Below the pieces are notes generated by a model that was not told where the DNA came from, made no database searches, and saw only the letters and a list, made by a program, of their open reading frames with translations. A program made the translations under genes and the position numbers. This document shows positions 17,334-26,439 of a stretch of DNA of 64,000 nucleotides, piece after piece (the stretch's first letter is position 1; the number at the start of each line of letters is the position of its first letter). Origin of the DNA: Candidatus Eiseniibacteriota bacterium (GTDB taxonomy: Bacteria; Eisenbacteria; RBG-16-71-46; JAFGJU01); NCBI GenBank assembly GCA_020349905.1, contig CP070702.1, forward strand, positions 1,900,047 to 1,964,046. Reading direction: 5' to 3'.

Positions 17334-19184
17334 CTACTTTCTTTCCGGGTAAACGTTCAGAGCGGCGTTCCATTCGCTCAGTTTCTTGACCCTTTCCCCC
17401 TCGTTCGAGGGCAACTGGAAAGGCCGCCGTCCCCTGCAGTCCAAGACGACTCCCACGACGCCGCCGTCGACTTTCGTCTCGAGTGACCTGCCGCTGCCCG
17501 CCCCCACGTCGAATCCTTTCGATGGGTTGAGCACGAGTCTGCCACGTTCTCCCACGCCCAGAGGTAAGACCGCCATCTGGCCGAACTTGAGCGAGAGACT
17601 CTCGGTCGTACCCTTGGCCTTCGCGGCTTTTCCTTCAGAGGCAGCGCCCTCTTCCCTCTCCAGTCTCACCTGCAGACACTCGACCCCCTCCTTGCCCGCG
17701 CCGATCGGTGCCACGCAGGGACCGAGATGAATCAGGCAGTCCTTCTTGAACACTTCCGTGGCGGCTTTGGGATGCACCTCGGAGAGCACTCCGAGCTGCG
17801 GCATCATGAATATGCTGTCCACCGCCAGGTGCGTCACGCACTCAGGCAAAAAGCCGTCTATCAGCATGAAGGCCGCCTGTGCCCTGCGAGGAGCGTGAGA
17901 GAGCACTCCCCCGCTTCCTACGAGCATGCCGAGCTGCCTGAGATCCACGAGGGTCTCTCCGCTGGAACTCTGCTCGAACGTGTCGGAGATTGTCCTCTCC
18001 TGCTGCACGCCCTTCAGTCCCACGGCCAGGGACTTGTGTTGCTCGAAGGCCAGCCTCAAGGCCTCCCGGGCGATGCCCTGCTCTATCATCAGCTCTTCCA
18101 GGCTCTGGGGAATCGTGGTGGGCCTTATCATCTTGTTCTTGATCCTGTTCCTGAGGTCTTTCTCCTCCACGCGGAACGGTATCCACCTCATTATGTTCTC
18201 CAGCCCCGCTTCGGCCAGCACGTTGGAGATGCTGTAGCTCATGCCCAGGTTCGCGCTGACCGTCCTGTTGAACACGGTCTGGAACACCGAGAAGACGTCC
18301 GTGGTGGCGCCACCGATGTCCACGCCGATGGCCTGGATTCCTTCCTCTCTGGCGATGGTCTCTATGATTTTGCCCACCGCCGCAGGGGTAGGCATCACGG
18401 GCACGGGCGTCCAGTTCATGAGTTTCTTATACCCCGGCGCGTGTGCCATGACGTGTTCCATGAAGAGGTCGTGTATCCTGTGCCGGGCGGGCTGAAGGTT
18501 CTCCCTTTCCAGAACCGGGCGGATGTTCTCGGTGAGAACGAGCGCGGTTTTCTCTCCCAGTCTCTCGGAGACGATGTCCCTGGCGTCCACGTTCCCCGCG
18601 TAAATGACGGGCAGCATGTAACCCGCTCCCAGCCGCGCCTTCGGGTCCGCCGCGGAAAGGAGTTCGGCCAATTCGGCCACGTGCGCCGTCGTTCCGCCGT
18701 CGATGCCTCCTGAGAGAAGTATCATGTCGGGTCTCAACTGTCTTATGCGACGTATCTTCTCGTGAGGCAGCCGCCCGTCGTTCGAGGCGATCACGTCCAT
18801 CACGATGGCTCCCGCTCCCAGCGCGGCCCTCTGCGCACTCTCACCGGTCATGGCCTTCACGACTCCAAACACCATCATCTGGAGCCCGCCGCCTGCGCTG
18901 GAAGTGGAGATGTAGATGTCCGCTCCCTCGCCGTCTTCTGCCTTGGACAGAATGCTCTCGCCACTGAGCAACTTTCGCCCCGCCAGCTCCTCCACCTCCC
19001 GGACCGCATTGAGGACCCCCTTCGTCACGTCTTCGAACGGCGCCTCTACGGTGGTGGGCGCCTCTCCACGCACGATGAGCCGGTACTCGTCACCCTTCTT
19101 CTCTATCAAAATGGCCTTGGTCGTCGTGCTTCCGCAGTCGGTGGCCAGTATCGATGTGACATCCTCGGGCTTTGGAACGCTCAT
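17334..19184 (-). CDS. GlmL/MutL-family ASKHA-fold ATPase (glutamate-mutase-L-like, hydantoinase branch) with ~150-aa C-terminal extension
   Basis: Phosphate-1 motif 'ATDCGSTTTKAIL', 'SSAGGGLQMMVFG...AQRAALGAGA', 'DMILLSGGIDGGT', 'MPTPAAV', second-half 'GVDIGGATTDVFSV', all in the order expected for GlmL/MutL-family proteins; 616 aa vs ~460 aa for classical GlmL. Confidence 0.7.
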   Translation of the reverse strand: MSVPKPEDVTSILATDCGSTTTKAILIEKKGDEYRLIVRGEAPTTVEAPFEDVTKGVLNAVREVEELAGRKLLSGESILSKAEDGEGADIYISTSSAGGGLQMMVFGVVKAMTGESAQRAALGAGAIVMDVIASNDGRLPHEKIRRIRQLRPDMILLSGGIDGGTTAHVAELAELLSAADPKARLGAGYMLPVIYAGNVDARDIVSERLGEKTALVLTENIRPVLERENLQPARHRIHDLFMEHVMAHAPGYKKLMNWTPVPVMPTPAAVGKIIETIAREEGIQAIGVDIGGATTDVFSVFQTVFNRTVSANLGMSYSISNVLAEAGLENIMRWIPFRVEEKDLRNRIKNKMIRPTTIPQSLEELMIEQGIAREALRLAFEQHKSLAVGLKGVQQERTISDTFEQSSSGETLVDLRQLGMLVGSGGVLSHAPRRAQAAFMLIDGFLPECVTHLAVDSIFMMPQLGVLSEVHPKAATEVFKKDCLIHLGPCVAPIGAGKEGVECLQVRLEREEGAASEGKAAKAKGTTESLSLKFGQMAVLPLGVGERGRLVLNPSKGFDVGAGSGRSLETKVDGGVVGVVLDCRGRRPFQLPSNEGERVKKLSEWNAALNVYPERK

Positions 19185-19218
19185 GTTCTTCCCTTTCCCT
19201 GTTCCTTCCTTTCAGCTT

Positions 19219-19641
19219 TCAGCTCTGTCTGCGGCTCTCCTTTTCTCGCTGGCGCTCTATCTGCTTTTCCCTCTTCTTCTCCCTCTTTCTCTGGGCCCGT
19301 TCCTCCTTCTGCTGCTCCTCCAAGTCCTCCACCCTCTGGATCAGTTTCTCCACGTTATCTCTGTTCTCCATGAGAGTGTAGAATCTGTCGTAGCTCTTGA
19401 TGTCGAAGAAGGTTTTCACGAAGGGCTCCAGAAACACCAGGAGTTGACTTCCAAGGAAGCTCAAGGGCTTCGAGGATTCCAGAAAGAATATCGCGGGCAC
19501 GCCGAGACCCATCCGGACCACTCTGTTGGCCACGGCATCGATGAGGGCATCGTCGTCTTTCTCCTCCCCGTTTGCCTCAGGTTCTTCCTTAAGGAACGGC
19601 CGTAACCCTCTATCCACGTTGGGACTCCTTTCCCATTGCAT
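19219..19641 (-). CDS. Small protein with one hydrophobic/amphipathic segment and a highly charged K/R/E-rich coiled-coil C-terminus; start uncertain (possibly ATG 19512)
   Basis: 'GVPAIFFLESSKPLSFLGSQLLVFLEPFV' followed by 'EDLEEQQKEERAQRKREKKREKQIERQREKESRRQS'; sits in operon between membrane gene and GlmL-like gene. Confidence 0.4.
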   Translation of the reverse strand: MQWERSPNVDRGLRPFLKEEPEANGEEKDDDALIDAVANRVVRMGLGVPAIFFLESSKPLSFLGSQLLVFLEPFVKTFFDIKSYDRFYTLMENRDNVEKLIQRVEDLEEQQKEERAQRKREKKREKQIERQREKESRRQS

Positions 19642-20053
19642 GCGTCACGAAATCCACCACCTCGCCCCTGTTCCCCGAGACCAGCAGCCTCATTCCTCTG
19701 TAATGCTCCAGCCAGGAGCGTCTTCTAAACGGACTCAGGCTCACGCCCCCCGAGTCAACCCAGAAGCTCTTGAAGCTACTCCACTCCTTCTTCTGGGTGC
19801 CGAAGAGACCTCTTATCTCCACACCCTTTGAGCTCAACGAATAAGTCGAAGCGAAGAAGTAGTTGTGAAGAGAGCCGACAAGTATCACCACCGAGAGCAG
19901 GGCCAGAAACGGATCGTGCCAAAGAAGGAGCACGATGAGGCCGAAGCCCACAATGACGGCGACGACAAATGTGCATTTTCTGAGGTCCATTGTACACGGT
20001 CTGAGACGCCAGGTCAACGTCAGACGCGGCTCGTCTGTAGGAGTTTCTTCCAT
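19610..20053 (-). CDS. Small membrane protein, two TM helices plus bacterial PH-like (bPH_2/YdbS-like) domain; true start probably ATG ~19990
   Basis: 'FVVAVIVGFGLIVLLLW...LALLSVVILVGSL' twin TM then 'YSLSSKGVEIRGLFGTQKKEWSSFKSFWV' resembling bPH_2. Confidence 0.4.
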   Translation of the reverse strand: MEETPTDEPRLTLTWRLRPCTMDLRKCTFVVAVIVGFGLIVLLLWHDPFLALLSVVILVGSLHNYFFASTYSLSSKGVEIRGLFGTQKKEWSSFKSFWVDSGGVSLSPFRRRSWLEHYRGMRLLVSGNRGEVVDFVTHAMGKESQRG

Positions 20054-20110
20054 GGCGCGGCGTGCAATCTCCTATGGTCAAGCCAGTTGTGTGAGCGCCC
20101 TCGCAAACGC

Positions 20111-21607
20111 CTACCACTTGAGCCTGAGCTCGCGCGCGGCCTTGCCCTCGTCGAGCCTGCCCACAGGCGTGGCGACCGGCGCCAGCTTCACGACCTCGGG
20201 CGTTTTCCGGGCCTCCTCCGCAATGGCCTGCATGGCCTCCGCAAACCTGTCCAGCTCCCTCTTCGTTTCGGTCTCGGTCGGCTCTATCATCAGTGCTTCG
20301 TCCACTATGAGGGGAAAGTACACCGTCGGCGCGTGGAATCCGTAGTCAAGAAGTCTCTTTGCCACGTCCAGCGTGCGCACGCCGGCCTCCTTCTGCCTGG
20401 AGCCGGACAGCACGAACTCGTGCATGCAGGGCCTGTCGTAGGGTAACTCGAAATGCGGCGCCAGAAGAGCCTTCAGGTAGTTGGCGTTCAGGGTTGACTC
20501 TCTGGAAACCGCTTCCAGCCCCTCCCCTCCCAGAGACAGTATGTATGCGTATGCTTTCACCATGACGGCGAAGTTCCCGTAGAAACTGTGAATGCGCCCG
20601 ATGCTCTTTGGCTCGTGGTCTCTGAGCACGAAGCGCGTGCCCTCCTTTTCCACCCGGGGCACAGGAAGAAACGGCCGCAGCTTCTCGTTCACCCCCAGAG
20701 GGCCGGAACCGGGCCCGCCGCCCCCGTGAGGTGTGGAGAAGGTCTTGTGCAGATTGATATGCACGACGTCGAATCCCATGTCGGCCGGCTTCGCTACCCC
20801 CAGAAGGGCATTGAGATTCGCCCCGTCAAGGTACATGAGTCCGTCCAGGCCGTGCAGCACCTCCGCCAGCTCCAGTACTTCTTCTTCGAAGAGCCCGAGC
20901 GTGTTGGGATTGGTGAGCATCAGGGCGGCCGTGCGCTCGTCAGCCACTTGCCTCAGCGACTCTGCGCTCACGCAGCCGTTCTTTCCTGACTTCACCTCGG
21001 CCACCCTGTATCCTGCCAGGTTCACGCTGGCCGGGTTGGTTCCGTGAGCCGAGTCCGGGATTATGACCGTGTCTTTCTCGTTCTTCTTGTCTCGGTGATA
21101 GGCAGCCACCATCATCATTCCGGCCAGCTCACCGTGAGCCCCCGCAGCCGGGTGCAGACAGAATTGGCTCATCCCGGTGACTGCCCGGAGTGCCTCGTCC
21201 AGAAGACACATAAGCTCCAGGGCACCCTGAGCTCCGACCAACGGACTCAAGGGATGGAGACCAGCGAAGCCGGGCCAGGAGGCCACTTCCTCGTTGAGCT
21301 TGGGATTGTATTTCATCGTGCAGGAGCCCAGAGGATACATGCCCTTGTCCACGTGGTAGTTCATCGAGGAGAGTCGCGTGAAGTGTCTCACCACTTCCGG
21401 CTCGCTGAGCTCGGGAAGGCCCTGACTCTCCTTGCGCAAAAGATGCGAGGGAATCGCATCTTCCGCGCGCACGGCGGGCACGTCCAGTGCCGGGGCCACG
21501 AACGAGCCGTGCCCCTGGCTGTGAAGCTCCGACAGTAGTGGCTCGGCCTCGAGGCGCGGACCCTCCCCTTGTGGCTCACCGTGTGTTTTTCTCTTCAGCT
21601 CGTCCAT
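20111..21607 (-). CDS. gcvPB: Glycine dehydrogenase (aminomethyl-transferring) subunit 2
   Basis: 498 aa; 'PEVSEPEVVRHFTRLS', PLP-enzyme pattern, 'FHAPTVYFPLIVDEALMIEPTETE' typical of GcvPB. Confidence 0.9.
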   Translation of the reverse strand: MDELKRKTHGEPQGEGPRLEAEPLLSELHSQGHGSFVAPALDVPAVRAEDAIPSHLLRKESQGLPELSEPEVVRHFTRLSSMNYHVDKGMYPLGSCTMKYNPKLNEEVASWPGFAGLHPLSPLVGAQGALELMCLLDEALRAVTGMSQFCLHPAAGAHGELAGMMMVAAYHRDKKNEKDTVIIPDSAHGTNPASVNLAGYRVAEVKSGKNGCVSAESLRQVADERTAALMLTNPNTLGLFEEEVLELAEVLHGLDGLMYLDGANLNALLGVAKPADMGFDVVHINLHKTFSTPHGGGGPGSGPLGVNEKLRPFLPVPRVEKEGTRFVLRDHEPKSIGRIHSFYGNFAVMVKAYAYILSLGGEGLEAVSRESTLNANYLKALLAPHFELPYDRPCMHEFVLSGSRQKEAGVRTLDVAKRLLDYGFHAPTVYFPLIVDEALMIEPTETETKRELDRFAEAMQAIAEEARKTPEVVKLAPVATPVGRLDEGKAARELRLKW

Positions 21608-21641
21608 TCCGCCTCTCTATCTCGTCTGTCCATGCTCCGCG

Positions 21642-23003
21642 CTACGCCCGCGGCAAACGCTCTGAGGCCCGGCGCGTTGCATCGACGAAGCACTCTATCT
21701 CTTTCCGGGTCCTCTTCTCCGTCACGGCCACAAGGAGAAGCTCCGCACGGCCGGAGAAGCGGGAAAGCGGCACGCCCCCCAGTATCCCCTCGTCAAAAAG
21801 CGCCTCGACCAGCGCCTCCGCGCTCACCGGACACTCCAGCAGAAATTCCTTGAAGAAGGGCCTGTCGTACTTGAGCGAGAATCCCTTCAGCTGAGAAAGG
21901 CACTCGGCGGCGAAGTGACTCCTCGAAAGGCACTGCTCTGCCACCTCTCTCATCCCCTCCTCTCCCAGAAGCGAGACGTGGACGGTGGCGGCAAGTGCGA
22001 CCAGTGCCTGATTCGTGCATATGTTGGAGGTGGCCTTCTCGCGCCTTATGTGCTGCTCCCTGGTCTGAAGCGTCAGAACGAAGCCGCGCCTTCCGCGCAC
22101 GTCTGAAGTCAGCCCCACGATTCGGCCGGGCAGCTTTCTCACGTAGTCCTTTCGGGCAGCGAAGAAACCCAGCAGCGGTCCCCCGAAACTCATGGCGTTA
22201 CCCAGACCCTGTCCCTCGCCCACAACGATGTCCGCCCCGTAGGTGGACGGAGGCTCAAGCAGGGAGAGTGAAATCGGGTCCACGCAAGAGACGAGGAGGG
22301 CCTTGCTCGAGGACAGGAGCCTTCCTATACCCGAAGTCTCCTCCACGACCCCAAAGAAATTGGGCTGCTGGTGTATGAAGCACGCCGCCCCCAGGCCCAG
22401 GGCAGATTCCAGCTCTGCCAGGTCCGTCACCCCAGCGTCTTCAGGAATCTCGACCATCTCGATGTTCGTCGGAGTGCAGTATGTCTTGAGGACGTCTACG
22501 TAGTGCGGATTAAGACAGGCGGAAACCAGAATCCGACGCTCGCCGGTGGCGCTCACCGCCAGAAGCGCTGCCTCCGCCACGGCCGTGGCGCAGTCGTACA
22601 TGGACGCGTTGCACACGTCCATGCCCGTAACAGCGCACATCAGGGACTGAAACTCGAAAATGGCCTGAAGCGTTCCCTGGCTCACCTCCGCCTGATAAGG
22701 CGTGTAGCACGTCGAGAACTCGCTCCGCGAAAGCAGGTGACGCACGGCGGCGGGTACGAAGTGGTCGTAGACTCCTGCCCCGGCAAAACACGAGACTCCA
22801 TCCGGATCGATGTTCCTGAGAGACAGCTCTCTGAGGCGCCTTCTCACGTCCAGCTCGGACATTGCCCCAGGTAGTTCTATCCTGGCCTTGGCCCTCAGCG
22901 CAGCCGGAACCGGGTCGAGCAGGTCTTCCATCGACCCGACGCCGATCGCATGCAGCATCTCCTTCCGTTCGGCTTCGCTTCGCCCCACGTAGGAGGTCAT
23001 CAT
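21642..23003 (-). CDS. gcvPA: Glycine dehydrogenase (aminomethyl-transferring) subunit 1
   Basis: 453 aa; 'TCYTPYQAEVSQGTLQAIFEFQ' GcvPA signature region; 4-nt overlap with gcvH. Confidence 0.9.
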   Translation of the reverse strand: MMTSYVGRSEAERKEMLHAIGVGSMEDLLDPVPAALRAKARIELPGAMSELDVRRRLRELSLRNIDPDGVSCFAGAGVYDHFVPAAVRHLLSRSEFSTCYTPYQAEVSQGTLQAIFEFQSLMCAVTGMDVCNASMYDCATAVAEAALLAVSATGERRILVSACLNPHYVDVLKTYCTPTNIEMVEIPEDAGVTDLAELESALGLGAACFIHQQPNFFGVVEETSGIGRLLSSSKALLVSCVDPISLSLLEPPSTYGADIVVGEGQGLGNAMSFGGPLLGFFAARKDYVRKLPGRIVGLTSDVRGRRGFVLTLQTREQHIRREKATSNICTNQALVALAATVHVSLLGEEGMREVAEQCLSRSHFAAECLSQLKGFSLKYDRPFFKEFLLECPVSAEALVEALFDEGILGGVPLSRFSGRAELLLVAVTEKRTRKEIECFVDATRRASERLPRA

Positions 23004-23386
23004 AGCTCCTTACCTACGAGCTTCTCGTAGTCCTGAGGACCCAGAAGAGAACCAAGCTCACTCGTGTCAGACATCTTTATCTTTATCATCCAGCCGTCCT
23101 CGTACGGGCTCTTGTTTACGATACCCGCGTCCGTGGAGAGCGCCTCGTTCACGGCAGCTATCTCTCCCGAAACCGGAGAGAAGAGGTCGCTCACGGTCTT
23201 GACCGCCTCCACCACTCCGAAGGGCGTAGCGGCTTTGGCCTCATCTCCCACCGAAGGAAGCTCCACGTAGACGACGTCACCAAGCTCACGCTGCGCGTAG
23301 TCGGTAATTCCCACTACGGCCGTATCCCCTTCGATGCGCACCCACTCATGCTGCTCGGTGTACTTGAGATTCTCCGGAATCTTCAT
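23000..23386 (-). CDS. gcvH: Glycine cleavage system H protein (lipoyl carrier)
   Basis: 128 aa; 'VGITDYAQRELGDVVYVELP' and lipoyl-lysine context 'VEAVKTVSDLFSPVSGE'. Confidence 0.9.
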   Translation of the reverse strand: MKIPENLKYTEQHEWVRIEGDTAVVGITDYAQRELGDVVYVELPSVGDEAKAATPFGVVEAVKTVSDLFSPVSGEIAAVNEALSTDAGIVNKSPYEDGWMIKIKMSDTSELGSLLGPQDYEKLVGKEL

Positions 23387-23428
23387 CTGCTGCCTTCCTT
23401 TCGCCCGGTGTTCGTGTCGATAGTGCGA

Positions 23429-24520
23429 CTACTTTCGGCTGCCTCTCCTGTAGAACGGTAGCTTCGTCACCGAGGCCCGGTGCTCTTTTCCCCGCACCAG
23501 GACCGTAACTTCTGTTCCAGGCTTCGACGCCTCCACGGGCAGATACGCCATGGCCAGTCCCTTTTTCAGGGAAGGTGAGAACGTCCCGCTGGTCACGCGG
23601 CCTATCTCTTTTCCTCCCGAGGTTACCGGATAACCGGTGCGAGGAATCGCGTTCTCGAGCATCTCCAGTCCCACGAGCTTCCTTCGAACTCCTTCTTGCT
23701 TCTGCCGGACCAGAAACTCCCTGCCCAAGAACTTCTTCTTCTGAAGCTTTACAGTCCAGCCCAGGCCTGCCTCAAAAGGGGTCGTGCTCTCGTCGATGTC
23801 GTTTCCGTAGAGGCAATAGCCCATCTCGAATCTGAGCGTGTCGCGCGCGCCCAAACCCACCGGCTTCAATCCGAATCCGCGCCCCGCCTCGAAGAGCAGG
23901 TTCCAGAGACGGTCGGAATCGCGTGTGTCGTGATATAACTCGAAACCGTCTTCGCCGGTGTAGCCGGTGCGCGAGGCCAGGACTTGAAGCCCCTCGATCT
24001 CTATGCTCACGTGCCCGTTGTGCGGAAGGGACAGAAGCTCAGCCATTCCCGCTTTCTTAAGCACGTCCTCCGCCCTGGGACCCTGCAGAGCCACCTGGAC
24101 CGTCTTCTCGGAGAGGTCCTCAACGTGTGCCTCTTTTTCGGTATGAGAACGTATCCACCTGAAGCCCTTCTCGGTGTTTGAGGCGTTCAGGACGAAGAGC
24201 ACTTCGTCTCCGACCCTGTAAGCCAGAAAGTCGTCCACGATGCCTCCCCGTTCTGTGCACATCGTGGTGTATAGAACCTGGCCCGACCGGAGCGACGAGA
24301 TGTCGTTGGTGACAAGACCGTCGGCAGCATCAATCGCACCGGGCCCTCGAAACCATATCTCCCCCATGTGCGAGACGTCGAAGATACCCGCGGCCTCCCT
24401 GACCGCGGTGTGCTCCTCTACGAGTCCCGAGTACTGGACGGGCATGAGCCAGCCAGCGAACTCAACAAAACGGGCACCGAGTTCACGGTGCTTCTGGGCG
24501 AGCGGAGTTTCTCTGGGCAT
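23429..24520 (-). CDS. gcvT: Glycine cleavage system T protein (aminomethyltransferase)
   Basis: Start set to ATG 24520 ('MPRETPLAQKHRELGARFVEFAGWLMPVQYSG', canonical GcvT N-terminus); the longer ORF to 24613 is an unsupported extension. Confidence 0.9.
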   Translation of the reverse strand: MPRETPLAQKHRELGARFVEFAGWLMPVQYSGLVEEHTAVREAAGIFDVSHMGEIWFRGPGAIDAADGLVTNDISSLRSGQVLYTTMCTERGGIVDDFLAYRVGDEVLFVLNASNTEKGFRWIRSHTEKEAHVEDLSEKTVQVALQGPRAEDVLKKAGMAELLSLPHNGHVSIEIEGLQVLASRTGYTGEDGFELYHDTRDSDRLWNLLFEAGRGFGLKPVGLGARDTLRFEMGYCLYGNDIDESTTPFEAGLGWTVKLQKKKFLGREFLVRQKQEGVRRKLVGLEMLENAIPRTGYPVTSGGKEIGRVTSGTFSPSLKKGLAMAYLPVEASKPGTEVTVLVRGKEHRASVTKLPFYRRGSRK

Positions 24521-24616
24521 TGGCCTTCTCAGGCAGTCTCTTATGATACTCCGTCCTGCGGGACCGCCGCCTTCCCCACGTCTCTTCACTGCCCGCAGTT
24601 CAGGTACAATCACATC

Positions 24617-24644
24617 ATAATAGCACAGGTTTGCCGTCTGTCAA
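24617..24644 (-). promoter_or_regulatory. Near-consensus sigma70-type promoter for the gcvT-H-PA-PB operon
   Basis: Minus strand reads TTGACA-16 nt-TATTAT about 95 nt upstream of gcvT ATG. Confidence 0.45.
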
Positions 24645-24852
24645 GTTTACCGAGCTTGATCTGGTCTAAGGGATTAGGGTTGAGCGGACGGTATGGCTTC
24701 GGTACTGCTGCGTTCCCACGAGAAGGGCAACCGGCACTCAGGTGAGCCACCGCCTGGGCCTCTTTTCGTCACTGGACTCATCAACCGGTGCAGATGCCAC
24801 CCCACTCATCGGGCTGGTGGCCGTGGAACAGCCCGGGTCTCGCCAGGACTGG

Positions 24853-25251
24853 TCAACCAGGTACGTTGACGCCGATGACTATGGGCTCATCGCCGAAGCT
24901 ATCACGGAACTCGAACTCCCACGCTCCCGGCGCGCTGACCGTGACCACGATCGTGGTCCGGTGAGAAGCGATTACCTGGATACAGATTGTGTCCCGGCGT
25001 ATGCGGCTCCTCATCTGAACGGTTACGCGCCTCTCGGGCACTTCTTCCGTTACAGCGGGGTCAATCACTTCGTGGCACGGCGTTGGCTTTGCCCCGAACA
25101 CCTCGAATTCGACTGAAAGCCCTTCAACTGACAACACTTCAACTGAATCCGCGGAGGCCCAGCTTGTCAGGTACTCGGGAGTTGAATCCTCGTGAAGGCA
25201 ACCGGCCAGCACGAGGGTCGACAAGATAACACCGACATACGCTGCCTTCAT
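24853..25251 (-). CDS. Small lipoprotein (~133 aa), unknown function
   Basis: 'MKAAYVGVILSTLVLAGC' signal peptide with lipobox LAGC; GGAGG RBS 6 nt upstream of ATG 25251; longer ORF to 25425 is an unsupported extension. Confidence 0.5.
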   Translation of the reverse strand: MKAAYVGVILSTLVLAGCLHEDSTPEYLTSWASADSVEVLSVEGLSVEFEVFGAKPTPCHEVIDPAVTEEVPERRVTVQMRSRIRRDTICIQVIASHRTTIVVTVSAPGAWEFEFRDSFGDEPIVIGVNVPG

Positions 25252-25617
25252 ATCGTCCTCCCCTCTGTTCGGCGCACGTACTCCATGCAAGAACGGCGTC
25301 AAATGCTTTGGAGGCGGTTTCGAAGCGGACTCAGCGTCCTCATCCTGCTGCGGATCGGCGGCCGTGCCAAGACCCATTGGAGCGAGGCGCCGGGCCTCAC
25401 TCACTCGGCAGCGGGACGATGGCAACTACGTCGCGGGACCTCCTTATCCTGGCGCGCGGCACATAGAGAACGAAACCGTCCGTCGTGACGTTAAAATCAA
25501 CGTACGTGTCGCCCTCTCTGGCCCCTGAGGAGAAGGAATCCAGCCTCAATCTTTGAGCCCCTCTCGCACCACCGGCCCGTCAGGAGCCGTCACCAGTCCA
25601 TCATCTGGTGACTGTGG

Positions 25618-26163
25618 CTACGATTGGTGCTTTCTGCGCATCTCGGCGTTGAAATCCTCTGACTTGCCGGGCGCAACACTCAGGCATCGCCACTGCCCTG
25701 ACCTGAAATGCTTACACAAGAACACGATCTGTCCAACGTGATACGCGCTGTGAGACAGGCTGCGGTCGATGGCCTTCACGACAGAATGAGGCTCTGCGCG
25801 AATCAGAACCGTTCTGCCCAAATCCTCCGGCGTGAGCGAAGCGAGTGCGTCGAAGGCGCAGCGCCAACCGGCTTCCCATCGATCGAAGAGCGCAGCCCTG
25901 TCTTCCGAAACCTCGATCCCGAACTCGCTGTCACGATCTCGGTCAGGCTTCTCGCCGTCAGAACTCAGGAAGTCCGTCCATCGAGAGCGCAAGTTTCCGG
26001 ACACATGTTTCACGATGACTGCAATGCTATTGTCTCCCTCGCCAACCGCAGCGAAGACCTGTTCGTCGCTGACCTGGGCCAGGGCGTCATCGGCCAGGGA
26101 CTTCAATTTGCGGAACTGGAGCAAAACGTCCGCCAAGTAGTCGGCTCCGAAAGAACTCTCCAT
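25618..26163 (-). CDS. DinB_2/DUF1572-like (DinB/YfiT four-helix-bundle) family protein
   Basis: Start placed at 'MESSFGADYLADVLLQFRKL'; 'HVSGNLRSRW' and 'HSAYHVGQIVFL' histidine motifs typical of DinB_2 metal-binding bundle. Confidence 0.5.
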   Translation of the reverse strand: MESSFGADYLADVLLQFRKLKSLADDALAQVSDEQVFAAVGEGDNSIAVIVKHVSGNLRSRWTDFLSSDGEKPDRDRDSEFGIEVSEDRAALFDRWEAGWRCAFDALASLTPEDLGRTVLIRAEPHSVVKAIDRSLSHSAYHVGQIVFLCKHFRSGQWRCLSVAPGKSEDFNAEMRRKHQS

Positions 26164-26439
26164 GGTTGGCTCCGGCTTCAGCAAGCAGCCTCTGGGTTCA
26201 GACATCCCACAAGGGGACTCGGAGAGCCACTCTTCCAAAAAATAGCTCCGCCTGGCCTCTCTGTCAAGCCGCGGATCTGGAGCGCAGCAGTGGATGTGTA
26301 ATCGCCAGCCTTCCTGGAGGGACGGGCACATCCGGCCGGAATAGCGGAGGCGTGGACCCAGATCTGGACAAGGTATCCTCACATCCGTGTCGCTGCCGAG
26401 GAGTTGATTGGAGAGGGGGACAAGGTGGTGGCGCGTCCG

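Noticed and set aside
23429-24613. Longer gcvT form starting at 24613
   Set aside because: The canonical GcvT N-terminus begins at ATG 24520. The extension has no similarity to GcvT and would overlap the promoter.
24521-24760. Glycine riboswitch upstream of gcvT
   Set aside because: The conserved aptamer cores were not found on the minus strand. Only a loose partial resemblance exists on the wrong (plus) strand.
24742-25116. Plus-strand 124-aa ORF in the gcvT-lipoprotein intergenic/lipoprotein region
   Set aside because: It overlaps the better-supported minus-strand lipoprotein gene and has no RBS or motif.
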